A stretch of DNA of 64,000 nucleotides from Planctomycetota bacterium (GTDB taxonomy: Bacteria; Planctomycetota; PLA2; JAEUHO01): positions 1 through 64,000 of the forward strand of contig CBDCWP010000009.1 in assembly GCA_965223505.1 (NCBI GenBank). The letters run 5' to 3'. The notes beneath the pieces are model-generated. The model did not search any database and had not been told where the DNA came from. It worked only from the letters and a program-made list of their open reading frames with translations. Positions 13,560-23,733 of this stretch are shown here, piece by piece. Numbering within the stretch: position 1 is the first letter of the stretch; the number at the start of each line of letters is the position of its first letter. The position numbers were made by a program, and so were the translations under genes.

Positions 13560-15712
13560 ATGACCTCCGGCGGCGCGTCGTACGGCTTCATGGGCCACGG
13601 CGTGTTCGCCATGCCCAGGCCGATGTCGCCGCGTCGATGCACGACGCGCACCTCCACCTCCGGCGGCTTGTCCGGATCACCGAGCGGGAACCGGCAGGTT
13701 GCCGTACGGGTCTCTCCGGGCGCGAGGCGATCGTCGACGAGGGTCTCGGCGTCGAAGGCCCACCAGAAGGCGGGTCGTCGCGACGACGGCTTCAGCGTTC
13801 GAACGCCGAGCACCATGCCCGCGGGGTTGCGCCAGTTGCCGGGGGCGAGCTCGTTGCTGGCCGCGTCGAACTCGGTGACCCGAACCCTGTCGCTCTCCGG
13901 CGTCGGCGCCAGCCAGCGGCCGTCCTGCATCGCCCAGACGCCGACGACGACGTGCTTCGACCAGGTGCCGGTCGGGATCTTGTGGCCCGCGCCGACGTTC
14001 GTGAGGGAGACCTCGACCACCCACTCGCGCTTGCGCATGTCGACACGCTTCTGGACCTCGAGCTTGATCGCCTTCGACGCGAAGGACGGCTCGGTGCCCA
14101 GGAAGCGATGACTGTGCATGTCCGACGGGTCACGGTGCAGACCGTCCCAGACGATCTGGTCCACGAGCGTTCCGTCTTCGGTGCGCGTCGTCGCGCCGGG
14201 CATGTGGCAGTCTTGACAGCTCTGAACGGGCCGGTCTTCGCTCCCGCGGGTCGTGATCCAGCGCAACCACTCTTCGTACGTGTCCACCTTCGCGAGGCCG
14301 TTGTCGCGCCAGCGGCCGCCGCCCTGGTGGCACCCCGCGCAGAGCTCGCTGGTGGCGAAGATCGGGTTGTAGGCGGCGCCCATGTACGGATACGCCGAAT
14401 CGGGTAGCGTTCCGAACACGTGATGAATGGCGCCTGGACGATCCGACGACTTCGGATCCGGGCGCAACAGGCTCAGGGATCCCTGCACCCCGCTCTCGCG
14501 CAGATCGCCGACGTGGTGGATCTTGTGGCAGAAGTCGCAGTGGTTGCCGGCCGCCGCGCCGCGCGGCCAGTAGCGTCCTTTCGGCTCGGAGACGGCGTGC
14601 GCCGGCTGGTGGCAGCCGCGACAGTCGTCCGGCGCCTCGGGATCGTTCGCCAGCATGCGGTCGCGTTCCCAGTGCACCTGTCCGTTGTCCGCCATGCGCG
14701 CGTGGCGGCTGCCCACCCACTCGTCGTAGTGCCACGAGTGGCACGTACCGCACGCCATCGCGTCGTCTTCGTCGACGTCCTGTGCGGCGTTCTGCCAGAC
14801 GTAGCCTGGCGTGTCGTCGAGGCTCAGCCGCGGCAGGCGCACGCGCACCGTGCCGCTCGGAAGGTCGTCCGCGAAGAAGACGCGCTCCGCGTTGCGATGA
14901 TCCATCACGCCGGCGGACACGATCTGTGCGACGGGCGCGTCGGCGCCGGTGAAAGCGAGCGTCGCGCTGCCGTCGGCGGCGGATACCACGCGCGTGTGCG
15001 CCTTGCCCTTGATCTGAACCAGCGCGCCTCCGATCGGCGCACCGCTCTCGTCGGTGACCTTCACGCGGAACGTGTACGACTTCGACGGCGCGAGTCGCGC
15101 TAGCGCCGGGGTGACTGGAATCTGCCCTCGCAAGGCCGCGTAGGCCGGGCGTTCGCCGTCCGCGCGAACGCCATAGGCCTTCAACCAGAGTTCCGGCGCC
15201 TCGTGCGCCATGTAGATCGCGCTGACCGAGGCCCCGTCGTCGGAGAAGGTCAGCCGGCCGACGCCGTCGCTCGCCGCCCGGTAGCGGATGCCCAGGCATC
15301 CCCACGTGAAGGTCGCAACGGCGCCTCGAAACGAGTCCGGCGATCCGGTGATGACGCCTTCCCCGAATGCAACCCAGCCGCCCCCCAAAACCTGCTTGTC
15401 GACGCCGTGGATCTCCACGACGAAGCGACCACCGCGACGCCGCACCTCCATCGCGTACGCGGCGCGGGACAGCCAGTACTTCGCCGTCACGACGGGCCCG
15501 GTACCGGGCGGGTCGGGCACCTCCGTCCACGGCATGCCGCGGCGCTCGAGCTGGGACGTCCAAAGCGCCACGTCTTCCGCGGGCGCGAGCTCGCGAAACT
15601 CCTCCCGTTCGACGAACGCGTCTTCGCCGCACCCCAGTGTCAATACGCACACCGTGAGGCCGAGGATCGCGCCGAGGACGATCGAGTAGGACGTCGCGCG
15701 AACCGTCGGCAT
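13538..15712 (-). CDS. Multiheme (5 x CxxCH) c-type cytochrome lipoprotein with an Ig-like carboxypeptidase-regulatory domain
   Basis: CGTCH, CRGCH, CDFCH, CAGCH, CQDCH; EWVGSRHA; HSHRFLG; NVGAGHKIPTG; lipobox TLGC. Confidence 0.9.
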   Translation of the reverse strand: MPTVRATSYSIVLGAILGLTVCVLTLGCGEDAFVEREEFRELAPAEDVALWTSQLERRGMPWTEVPDPPGTGPVVTAKYWLSRAAYAMEVRRRGGRFVVEIHGVDKQVLGGGWVAFGEGVITGSPDSFRGAVATFTWGCLGIRYRAASDGVGRLTFSDDGASVSAIYMAHEAPELWLKAYGVRADGERPAYAALRGQIPVTPALARLAPSKSYTFRVKVTDESGAPIGGALVQIKGKAHTRVVSAADGSATLAFTGADAPVAQIVSAGVMDHRNAERVFFADDLPSGTVRVRLPRLSLDDTPGYVWQNAAQDVDEDDAMACGTCHSWHYDEWVGSRHARMADNGQVHWERDRMLANDPEAPDDCRGCHQPAHAVSEPKGRYWPRGAAAGNHCDFCHKIHHVGDLRESGVQGSLSLLRPDPKSSDRPGAIHHVFGTLPDSAYPYMGAAYNPIFATSELCAGCHQGGGRWRDNGLAKVDTYEEWLRWITTRGSEDRPVQSCQDCHMPGATTRTEDGTLVDQIVWDGLHRDPSDMHSHRFLGTEPSFASKAIKLEVQKRVDMRKREWVVEVSLTNVGAGHKIPTGTWSKHVVVGVWAMQDGRWLAPTPESDRVRVTEFDAASNELAPGNWRNPAGMVLGVRTLKPSSRRPAFWWAFDAETLVDDRLAPGETRTATCRFPLGDPDKPPEVEVRVVHRRGDIGLGMANTPWPMKPYDAPPEVMWLRVVR

Positions 15713-15721
15713 CCGCCCAGG

Positions 15722-16894
15722 TTACCCGCCGACCATGTCGAAGAAGTCGTCCATGTAGACGACGTGATCGAACTGCTCCGAGAAGCCGACGTCTTCGAGC
15801 TCCGCGTGACCGATGAGCCGGCTCTCGAGCACGACGCACATCGTGTGGGCCTCGAGCCGCGCCTTCAAATGCGCGAGCTCCGTCAGCGGCACGAGGGGGT
15901 CGTACACGCCGTTCATGAGGAAGCAGGTGACCCCCGTGAGCGGAGCCAGGTCGACGTCGGGGTCCGACGGCGAAAACGGCCGCACGTAGGGCCAGGCATC
16001 GTCCATGATCCCGGCTGCTGCAGCGGCTCGTTCCTCCGGCGATGCGATGACCAACCGCGCGTACTCACGACCCTCGTTCGTCAGCAGATCCGACGGAACG
16101 AACGACGGCATCCAGGCCTCCTCGAGCCAACCCTTGAGGCGCACCCGGTCCCATGTGTTGCGCACCCGCGCCGGAAGCGCGCCCCGAAAGAGAACGCTGC
16201 GACACAGCTCCGATGCGTGCCTGCGCTGGTATGCGAAGTCGCCGCGGTTCGAGCCGTCGGTGATGTCGTCCGGGAACCACTGGGTGGTCGCCACACGACG
16301 TACGTCGTCCGGGGCGCCGAGAACGAACATCGCGCGCAGTCCCTGCCCCCCATCGGCGCGAAAGCCCGCCGCCGCGCGGATCGCGATCCCACCGCCCACG
16401 CTGATGGCGACGACGCCGATCCGGTCCGCACGCGTGCGAGGAATCGCGCCGTGCGACACCGCGTGCAGCAGACGCACGAGGCGCGCGACGTCGTGGTCTC
16501 CGTCCGGCGGCGACGTCAAGAGCTGGATCTGCGGGGCCACGACCACGAACCCCGCGTCCCGAAACGCCTCGACCGCCTGGATCACGCGACCGTCGTCGAT
16601 GCCCTTGGGCGTGATGCCGTGTAGGAAGACCAGGACGGGGTGCCGGCCGTCGTCGTCGGGCCGAGCGATCCACAACTTGCGGTAGCCGAGCTCGGCTTCG
16701 GCGTCGGTGCGCAGCGTGAACCCGGGCAGCACGCTTGCGTCGTCTGGGACGGGGCCCGAGGTCATGGCCAGCAGGCAGCGTAGCGCGCCCAGCCGCGGCA
16801 AGGCCGCCACGGCGCCGAACGCGAGCGCGAGGGCGACCAGCAGACCCAACGCCTGGATCGTTCGGGATGTCCAGCGTCGGTTCGGCGCGCCCAT
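15722..16894 (-). CDS. Membrane-anchored alpha/beta hydrolase-fold protein
   Basis: N-terminal TM; PVLVFLHG; AISVGG nucleophile elbow; GVYDPLVP; IGH. Confidence 0.65.
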   Translation of the reverse strand: MGAPNRRWTSRTIQALGLLVALALAFGAVAALPRLGALRCLLAMTSGPVPDDASVLPGFTLRTDAEAELGYRKLWIARPDDDGRHPVLVFLHGITPKGIDDGRVIQAVEAFRDAGFVVVAPQIQLLTSPPDGDHDVARLVRLLHAVSHGAIPRTRADRIGVVAISVGGGIAIRAAAGFRADGGQGLRAMFVLGAPDDVRRVATTQWFPDDITDGSNRGDFAYQRRHASELCRSVLFRGALPARVRNTWDRVRLKGWLEEAWMPSFVPSDLLTNEGREYARLVIASPEERAAAAAGIMDDAWPYVRPFSPSDPDVDLAPLTGVTCFLMNGVYDPLVPLTELAHLKARLEAHTMCVVLESRLIGHAELEDVGFSEQFDHVVYMDDFFDMVGG

Positions 16895-16934
16895 CGACGC
16901 CCAGTATGCTGACTGCCGACACGGAGAGCGAATC

Positions 16935-17885
16935 ATGCGTACTTCGAATCATTCGATCCTGGCGTTTCTCGTTCTGGCAGCCGGCGCGACGGCGTGGACC
17001 CTCGTTACGCCGAGTGCCACGTCCGCCGACGAGTCGGCGACGAAGGACGCAGGCACGATCGAGGTCGAGTTCGTCCGCGACATCGTCTTCGGCAAGGGCG
17101 GCGACGTGGAGCTGACGCTCAACCTCGCGCGTCCCAAGGGACTCACGAGGCCCGTGCCGGCGATCGTCGCGCTTCACGGCGGCGGCTGGGCCGCGGGCCG
17201 CAAGGAGCAGCTCGACGCGATCACGCGGTTGATCGCCAAGGAAGGCATGGTCGCCGTGACCGCCCAGTACCGACTCGGACCCAAGCACGCGTGGCCGGCC
17301 CAGATCGAGGACGCGAAGTGCGCGGTGCGGTGGCTGCGCGCAAACGCGCAGGAGTGGAACGTCGATCCGGAGCGGATCGGCGCGATCGGGTTCAGCGCCG
17401 GCGCCCACCTCGCGCTGCTGCTCGGAACGATGGACCCGCGGGACGGTCTGGAGGGCGCGGGCGGCCACGCCGACCAGTCGAGCAAGGTGCAGGCGGTGAT
17501 CTCGTTCTTCGGGCCCGTGGACCTCGACCGCAAGGGCGACGACGCGCGCGCCCAGATCGAGAAGCAGGTCCTCGCCCGCGTGCTGGGCCCCAAGTTCGCC
17601 GAGGACCCGGCGGCGGCGAGCCCGATCACCTACGTCGACAAGGCCGACGCGCCGATTCTGATGTTCCAGGGCACGCGCGATCCGCTCGTGAACCACGGCC
17701 AGGCCGTTGCCATGCTCGAGAAGCTCAACGAGGTCGGCCGGACGGCGGAGGTGGTGTTCCTCGTGGGGCTGGGCCACGGTTGGCGCGAGCCCTATCTGAC
17801 GGACACGTACAACACCAGCCTGCGTTTCGTCGATCGTCACTTCCGCCCGGAGCGGATTCCCTCGATTCAGATCGACCGCAGGTAG
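16935..17885 (+). CDS. Secreted carboxylesterase/lipase (HSL/BD-FAE-like alpha/beta hydrolase)
   Basis: Signal peptide; HGGGW, GFSAGAHL, GTRDPLV, GLGHGW. Confidence 0.9.
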   Translation: MRTSNHSILAFLVLAAGATAWTLVTPSATSADESATKDAGTIEVEFVRDIVFGKGGDVELTLNLARPKGLTRPVPAIVALHGGGWAAGRKEQLDAITRLIAKEGMVAVTAQYRLGPKHAWPAQIEDAKCAVRWLRANAQEWNVDPERIGAIGFSAGAHLALLLGTMDPRDGLEGAGGHADQSSKVQAVISFFGPVDLDRKGDDARAQIEKQVLARVLGPKFAEDPAAASPITYVDKADAPILMFQGTRDPLVNHGQAVAMLEKLNEVGRTAEVVFLVGLGHGWREPYLTDTYNTSLRFVDRHFRPERIPSIQIDRR

Positions 17886-17894
17886 ACCCCCCTC

Positions 17895-17922
17895 TTGACG
17901 GGTTGGGGGCCGCGCCTAGGAT
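17895..17922 (+). promoter_or_regulatory. Putative sigma70 promoter of tRNA-Leu
   Basis: TTGACG-16 nt-TAGGAT ending 16 nt before the tRNA. Confidence 0.5.
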
Positions 17923-17938
17923 CCCAATCCGACCTGAA

Positions 17939-18025
17939 GCCGAAGTGGCGGAATTGGCAGACGCGCATGATTCAGGTTCATGTGTCCTCACGGACTTGTG
18001 GGTTCAAGTCCCACCTTCGGCACCA
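17939..18025 (+). tRNA. tRNA-Leu(CAG)
   Basis: Acceptor stem GCCGAAG/CTTCGGC plus ACCA; D-loop GGAATTGGCAGAC; anticodon arm CATGA-TTCAGGT-TCATG; long variable arm; T-loop GGTTCAAGTCC. Confidence 0.97.
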
Positions 18026-18186
18026 TCCTCTCCGGGGGCTGTCCGGCCCGGCGTAACGCCGCCGTCTCACCCGTGGTGCGGGCGGCACGACCCGTGGACG
18101 TCACCTGCATCGCGTGCGAATCACTCCTGTTTCGTCGCGCGTGCACGGCGCGCGGGCTTCTCTAGGATCGACCGCGGAGGTCGTCC

Positions 18187-19461
18187 ATGCGCACACTGCT
18201 ACTCTCCGTCGCCGTACTCGGCATCTGCGCGGTCGCCGCGGAGAGCGCACCCCCCAAAGGGGTCGTGCGCGCGGCCCGCGCCTATTTCGATCCCGATGAA
18301 GACCGCGGCAAGGCGCGGCTGGCGATCCGAGCCTGGCTCGACGAGGGGAACGACGCGCTGCTGAGCGACATGGACTGTCTGCGCAACTTCGTGTACCAGT
18401 CCCGCACCTTCGACGAGCCGATGTCGTCGAGAGACTGGCGGATCGAGAACGAGGTCAGTTCCTACAAGAAACGCGGCAGCCGGTACCGCATCACCTCCGA
18501 GACGCTCAACCTCGTCTACGCGACGCCCACGGCGTCGAGCTCGCGCATCGCGAACCTGCACCGCATGCCGCGGCCGAAACCGTGGCCGGTCCTGGTCTCG
18601 CTCGTCGACGAGGAAGCGATGTCTGCAAAGGAGGCGCCCGGCTTCGCGCTCCTGAAGCGTCGCTACCCACGCGCACTCAAGTCGTTCATCGAAGGGCGCT
18701 ACACCGTGGTGCCGGTCGCGCCGCGCGCCAACTACTTCGACGGCGACGGCGAGCTGCGCCGCTCTTTGATTCTGTGGCCGATGATGCGTGTCGCCCGCGA
18801 AGCCCACGTCGACTTCGATCGCATCGTGCTCGACGGCGAAGACGCCGCGCTGGCGTTGGCGTCCACGTCGGGGTCTCTGTTCGCGGGCATCGTGCTGCGC
18901 GGTGGATCCCTCACGAAGGAAGCACGCGCGACGGTGCGCAACTTCGCACACGTGCCCGTGTACGTCATCGGCGCTGCGCATCTCGCGAACCAGCTTCGCG
19001 CCGCGGGTCACCCTTCCGTGGCCGTCGGGACGGACGAGGAATTGCCGGCCTGGGTCGACGCGCGCTGGCGAACGATGCCCAAGGCGTTTCGTTGGACCTT
19101 GTTGGGACCGCAGCACCAGCTCGCGTGGTGGATCAACATCGATGTTCTCGCGGCCGGGGCGACGCGCGCGTCGCTGAACGTGGAGGTCGTCGATACGGAG
19201 CGCGATCCCAACACGATCCGGATCGAGGCCCGCGGGGTCGAGCAGATCTCGCTCTTTCTCAACGACGAGATCGTCGATCTCGATCGTCCGGTCCGGGTGG
19301 TCGTCAACGGACGTGTCGTGCGAAATCAGCGGCTCGTGCGGTCGTTCGATGCGTGCTTCAGCCACCGGCCGTTCGAGGTGCGGGACTCGATGAGCTTCAG
19401 CTTCCTGTTTCCGGCGCATCTTCAACGACTGAGCGTGGCAGCACCCGCAACCGCGAAGTAG
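18187..19461 (+). CDS. Exported hypothetical protein, degenerate esterase-like fold
   Basis: Signal peptide; VDFDRIVLDG resembles esterase DRxYLxGxSxG but lacks the Ser; C-terminal LNDEIVDLDRPVRVVVNG beta domain. Confidence 0.55.
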   Translation: MRTLLLSVAVLGICAVAAESAPPKGVVRAARAYFDPDEDRGKARLAIRAWLDEGNDALLSDMDCLRNFVYQSRTFDEPMSSRDWRIENEVSSYKKRGSRYRITSETLNLVYATPTASSSRIANLHRMPRPKPWPVLVSLVDEEAMSAKEAPGFALLKRRYPRALKSFIEGRYTVVPVAPRANYFDGDGELRRSLILWPMMRVAREAHVDFDRIVLDGEDAALALASTSGSLFAGIVLRGGSLTKEARATVRNFAHVPVYVIGAAHLANQLRAAGHPSVAVGTDEELPAWVDARWRTMPKAFRWTLLGPQHQLAWWINIDVLAAGATRASLNVEVVDTERDPNTIRIEARGVEQISLFLNDEIVDLDRPVRVVVNGRVVRNQRLVRSFDACFSHRPFEVRDSMSFSFLFPAHLQRLSVAAPATAK

Positions 19462-19478
19462 CGCTACCATCTGCCGTC

Positions 19479-19970
19479 ATGGTGGACGCACAGACAGGCT
19501 CGGTTCTTCAGGTCAACGTGTCCGACGGCGGCGCGCCGAAGCACCCGGTCGAGAGCGCACAGGTGACCGAGTTGGGCCTGGTCGGAGACCGGCAGCGAAG
19601 CCGCGGGCACGGTGGCCCGGAACGGGCCGTGCTGCTTCTCGGCATGGATCTGATCGAGGCGCTACAGGCGGAAGGGCATCCCATCGCACCCGGTACGACG
19701 GGTGAGAACCTGACGCTCGGCGGCGTGGACTGGTCCGCCGTCACGCTCGGTTCGCGGTTCGTGTTCGAGAACGGCGTGGAGCTCGAGGCGCTTTCGTACG
19801 CGGCGCCCTGTGCCCACATCGCCGGCTCCTTCCTCGACGGCGACTACGAGCAGGTCGACGCGCGCATCCATCCCGCGCGCGGACGGATCGCGACGCGCGT
19901 CTTGACACCGGGTGAGATCCGCACGGGCGAGTCGTTCCGTGTGATCGACGAAGACGTGAAGACCGCATGA
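19479..19970 (+). CDS. MOSC domain protein (YiiM-like)
   Basis: GLVGD, HGGPERAV, PGTTGENLT, PCAHI, VLTPGEIRTG. Confidence 0.88.
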   Translation: MVDAQTGSVLQVNVSDGGAPKHPVESAQVTELGLVGDRQRSRGHGGPERAVLLLGMDLIEALQAEGHPIAPGTTGENLTLGGVDWSAVTLGSRFVFENGVELEALSYAAPCAHIAGSFLDGDYEQVDARIHPARGRIATRVLTPGEIRTGESFRVIDEDVKTA

Positions 19971-20082
19971 ACGCCGCCGAATCGCCCTCCCCAACCGGCT
20001 GTTCCGATCGGATTCGGGAATTACGCTTCGTCCGGTCGTTGGTGTGACAAACGGGGCGAACCCCCGGGGAGGGTTGATCGCG

Positions 20083-20487
20083 ATGGATGAATTCCTGAGC
20101 TTGGTGACGTCGAAGCTCGGCACCGGCACCGACGCGGCGAAGTCGGCGACGGGCGGCCTGCTCAGGCTGATCAAGGCGCATGGTGACAAGTCCGACGTGA
20201 GCGAGCTGTTCAGCAAGCTACCCGGCGCCGAGTCGCTCCTCGGCGAAGCGCCCGAGATGGGCGGTGGCGGTGGCGGCGGGCTGCTCGGCAGCATCGCCTC
20301 GGCGGTCGGAGGTGACGCGGGCACGGCGCTCGGCGCCGTGGAGATGTTCTCGAAGAGCGGGTTGAGCCTCGACAAGGCTGGTTCGTTCGTCGACATGTTC
20401 AAGGACTTCGCAATGAAGCACGCGGGCGAGGCGTTGATCAAACGCTTGCTCGCGAAGATCCCGGGGCTGGGAAGTCTCCTGGGCTGA
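20083..20487 (+). CDS. DUF2780-like Gly-rich protein
   Basis: AKSATGGLL, KLPGAESLL, GGLLG pattern; GGAGG upstream. Confidence 0.65.
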   Translation: MDEFLSLVTSKLGTGTDAAKSATGGLLRLIKAHGDKSDVSELFSKLPGAESLLGEAPEMGGGGGGGLLGSIASAVGGDAGTALGAVEMFSKSGLSLDKAGSFVDMFKDFAMKHAGEALIKRLLAKIPGLGSLLG

Positions 20488-20505
20488 CGGTTCGCTTCGA
20501 TGCCG

Positions 20506-22932
20506 CTAGAACAACGGCGTGGCGATGCCGTCGGCGTCGACGGACCACGGCGCCCAGGCCAACGAGACCGGGTCGACCGAGATGTCCGACTTGCGCGGAT
20601 GGAGCGGCGTCTCCTCGAGCTCGAACGACGTGGGTTCGATGGCGCCTTGCAGCTCGTCCAGCTCGGTCTTGAACGACGCCTCGAGCTTCATGAGTGCCGC
20701 GCGTTGCACCTTCGCGTCTTCCTTCGCGCGCTCGATGTCGGCCTTCTCCTTGCTCGCGCGCCCGGCGCTGCGCATGGTCGTTCCCGCACGTGAGGCCGTC
20801 CCGACGCCCCGTGCCCGGCGACCGAAGAGCGCGCCGAGGATGGTGGTGCCGACGGAGATCCAGGTACTGCGCTTCTGCGCCTTGTACTGCTCTTCCTCGC
20901 GTTCGATCTTTTCGTCCGCCTTCCGAATGCGCTCCTGGATGCGCGCCAGCTTGGGCTCGTAGCGTTTCCTCAGCTTCTCGATCTGGACGTCGCGCTGCTC
21001 GCGAGCGATCTGCGCGATGCGTCCCCGGAACGCGCCCTCCGACTCCCCCACCTCCGAGTACGCCTTGTACGCGCGGCAACGCCACAACGGCATGGCGTGT
21101 TCGCGGTAGAGGTGCGACTTGAGGCTGCGCGCCCACGACGCGTAGCTCTTGGGTTGGGTCGCCGCGGAAGGCAACTTGGCGAACGCGGCCCCCTCTTCGG
21201 GCTCGAGCTCGGTGTCCGGCGTCGCGTCGAGCGCGTTTGATCCGCCCCACGGGTCCACACCGATCTTGCCGGTGCCCAGGGGCGCCATCGTCGCCAGCTC
21301 GCGCCAACGGTCGATGCCGCGCGTCGCGTTGACGAAGTGCAGTCTCCCGCCCGCCATGAGCGTCGGCCGGTACAGGAGCGTTGTGTCGGCGGTCAGCGAC
21401 TGCGTGCGCGTCAGGAAGGTCTCCGGCACCTTCGGCGGAACGATGGGACGCTTCTCTTGCGGCTTGCCCTCGGCCTTCTCTGCCGGCGTCGCCGTCGCGG
21501 CGTCAACGGCCGCCTTGCGGTCCGCCACCAGGGTCTTGATCTGCGCGCGGGTCAGCGGGCCCCGCAGGTACGACATCGCCCATCGGGTGTGGAACACCGT
21601 CGGCGCGCCGTCATGGACGTTGTTCATCAGGAACACACGCCCCTGCAGGCCCGACAAGGTCGCCTCGACCCTCTGCCGGTCGAAGCCCGCGCCGGTCGAC
21701 GAGGACGCGCCCTCGAGCCCGTCGAGCACGCGCGCCTTGTCCCGTTCGGTCTGCAGACGGCCAAGGAACCAGGTGCCGGCGTTCGACAGCGCCTTGTAGT
21801 CGAGATCGACGGGGTTCTGCGTCGCCAGCACCGTGCCCAACCCGAACGCGCGCGCTTGCTTGAGCAGCGTGAGCATGGGCGTCTTCGACGGTGGGTTCGC
21901 GGAGGGAGGCAGGAATCCGAACACCTCGTCCATGTACAGCAAGGCGCGCAGGCTCGTCGATCCCGACTGCGTGCGCATCCACGCGACGACCTCGTTGAGC
22001 AGGAGTGTCACGAAGAACATGCGTTCCGCGTCCGAGAGGTGTGCGATCGACAAGATGCTGATGCGCGGCTTGCCGTCGGGTCCCCACATGAGGTTCTGAA
22101 CGTCGAGTGCCTCCCCCTCCATCCACGCACTGAATCCGGGCGACGCGAGGAGGTTGTTGAGCGTCATGGCGAGCTCGAATCGGTCCTTCGACGGGAAGAA
22201 CGACTCGAGATCCAGGACACCGATGCGGTCGAAGGAGGGCGCCTGGATCTCCTGGATCATCGTGCCGAGATCGAGGTCGCGGCCTTTGCGCCAGGCGCGG
22301 TCCAGGATGTTCGACAGCAGGATGTGCTCGCGGCTTCGAATCGGATCTGCGTCGATGCCGAGCAGCGCCAGGAGTCCCGACACGGATGCCATGACACGCT
22401 CGCGCATCGCGTCGGCGTCCTCGAGCAGCGCCGGCGGCGGCGCTGCGAACGATTTGAGAATGGTGATCGGAATGCCCGCGCTGCTGCCGGGGGTGTAGAT
22501 CGTGACGTCGGCGGCGTCACGCAGCCGCTGGATCCGCGCGCCGTCCTCGCCCCAGCTCGCCAACCCCTTCGTCCAGAGGGCGGCGCGATCCCTTGCGTAC
22601 TCCGCCTTGGTCATGCCCTTGCGGGTCGCTTCGCCTTCGTCCACCCACGGCAGGAAGTCCTCGGGTCGAAGTTGCGGAAACGTCAACATGAGGTTGCCGA
22701 TGTCGCCCTTGGGATCGATCGCGATCGCGGGGATGCCGTCGATGGCCGCTTCCTCGAGCAACGACACGCACAAACCGGTCTTGCCGGACCCGGTCATGCC
22801 GACGCAGACGGCGTGTGTCGTCAGGTCCTTCGCGTCGTAGAGCAGCAGATCGTCGGTGATCTCGCCCTTGTCGACGTCGAAGATCTTCCCGAGGTAGAAG
22901 GCCGCCGCCTTCTCGAATGCTGGCATCGTCAT
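20506..22932 (-). CDS. HerA/DUF87-like P-loop ATPase with C-terminal coiled coil
   Basis: LTTHAVCVGMTGSGKT (Walker A), IDPKGD, LLYMDE (Walker B), KQARAFG, LATQNPVDLDYK. Confidence 0.88.
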   Translation of the reverse strand: MTMPAFEKAAAFYLGKIFDVDKGEITDDLLLYDAKDLTTHAVCVGMTGSGKTGLCVSLLEEAAIDGIPAIAIDPKGDIGNLMLTFPQLRPEDFLPWVDEGEATRKGMTKAEYARDRAALWTKGLASWGEDGARIQRLRDAADVTIYTPGSSAGIPITILKSFAAPPPALLEDADAMRERVMASVSGLLALLGIDADPIRSREHILLSNILDRAWRKGRDLDLGTMIQEIQAPSFDRIGVLDLESFFPSKDRFELAMTLNNLLASPGFSAWMEGEALDVQNLMWGPDGKPRISILSIAHLSDAERMFFVTLLLNEVVAWMRTQSGSTSLRALLYMDEVFGFLPPSANPPSKTPMLTLLKQARAFGLGTVLATQNPVDLDYKALSNAGTWFLGRLQTERDKARVLDGLEGASSSTGAGFDRQRVEATLSGLQGRVFLMNNVHDGAPTVFHTRWAMSYLRGPLTRAQIKTLVADRKAAVDAATATPAEKAEGKPQEKRPIVPPKVPETFLTRTQSLTADTTLLYRPTLMAGGRLHFVNATRGIDRWRELATMAPLGTGKIGVDPWGGSNALDATPDTELEPEEGAAFAKLPSAATQPKSYASWARSLKSHLYREHAMPLWRCRAYKAYSEVGESEGAFRGRIAQIAREQRDVQIEKLRKRYEPKLARIQERIRKADEKIEREEEQYKAQKRSTWISVGTTILGALFGRRARGVGTASRAGTTMRSAGRASKEKADIERAKEDAKVQRAALMKLEASFKTELDELQGAIEPTSFELEETPLHPRKSDISVDPVSLAWAPWSVDADGIATPLF

Positions 22933-22971
22933 GAAGGCTCCTCCGGGCCGGCCCCGGATTATGCATGAGCG

Positions 22972-23733
22972 TCACTCCGGCAGCACGCCGGGCCCCAGGC
23001 CCGAGAGTTGAATGCCGCCGAACACGGCGGAAACGGGCGCATGCTGCGCCGGCTCGAGGTCCATGTCCGCAGGGATCTCGCACGCCACGGCATGCGTGCG
23101 CAGTGCCGCGTTGCAAAGAACCAGATCGGAACGCAGCCCGCCGCCGAAGGAGGGGCGTTCGGTCCCACGCACCATCAGATCCTCGAAGCCAGCGCGGCGA
23201 AGCGCGCCCAGCGCAGCACGTTCCCGATCGTGCGCGCCGAGCCGGCCGGCCCAGTGCTCGCGGTCCACGATCTCGTCGCCGCGGGGGGAGACGCCGAGGT
23301 CGCCGGCGATCACGACGCGCCCCTCATCGGCCGCCAACGACCGCGCGTGCGCCTCGAGTCCGCTCAGGAATCGCAGTCGCGCTTCGAGTCGTTCCTCGAA
23401 GCGCGGATGCCCTTGCGCCAGCCCGACCCCGTCCGGCGCCGCGGCATTGATCACCCAAACGCCGGCAACGCGCGCCGTGAACAGACCGCCTTCCGCGCTG
23501 CGCTGCACGTCGCGCGGTGGCTCGGCGCTGATGATCGCCTGCCCTGCGCGTCCGGTACCACCCAGCAGCTTCGTGAAGTAACCGCGGTCGAACAGCGGCA
23601 TCAGCGGGAACGCGCTGTCGCCGACGCCCGTGCCCTGCAGGCACAGCACCGTCGGCTGTTCCGTGTCGAGCCAGGCCAACAGATCCGACAGCTGTTTCGC
23701 AATGCCCTGCAGGCGCCAGGTCGAGATCTTCAT
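22972..23733 (-). CDS. Exodeoxyribonuclease III-like protein with degenerate active site
   Basis: MKISTW, PTVLCLQG, VIAGDLGVSP, AGFEDL, GLRSDLVL, AQHAPV follow the Xth layout; ATGA overlap with mutM. Confidence 0.75.
   Translation of the reverse strand: MKISTWRLQGIAKQLSDLLAWLDTEQPTVLCLQGTGVGDSAFPLMPLFDRGYFTKLLGGTGRAGQAIISAEPPRDVQRSAEGGLFTARVAGVWVINAAAPDGVGLAQGHPRFEERLEARLRFLSGLEAHARSLAADEGRVVIAGDLGVSPRGDEIVDREHWAGRLGAHDRERAALGALRRAGFEDLMVRGTERPSFGGGLRSDLVLCNAALRTHAVACEIPADMDLEPAQHAPVSAVFGGIQLSGLGPGVLPE

Noticed and set aside
17939..20500. Genomic island integrated at tRNA-Leu
   Set aside because: No integrase, no duplicated tRNA 3' end noticed and no obvious compositional shift.
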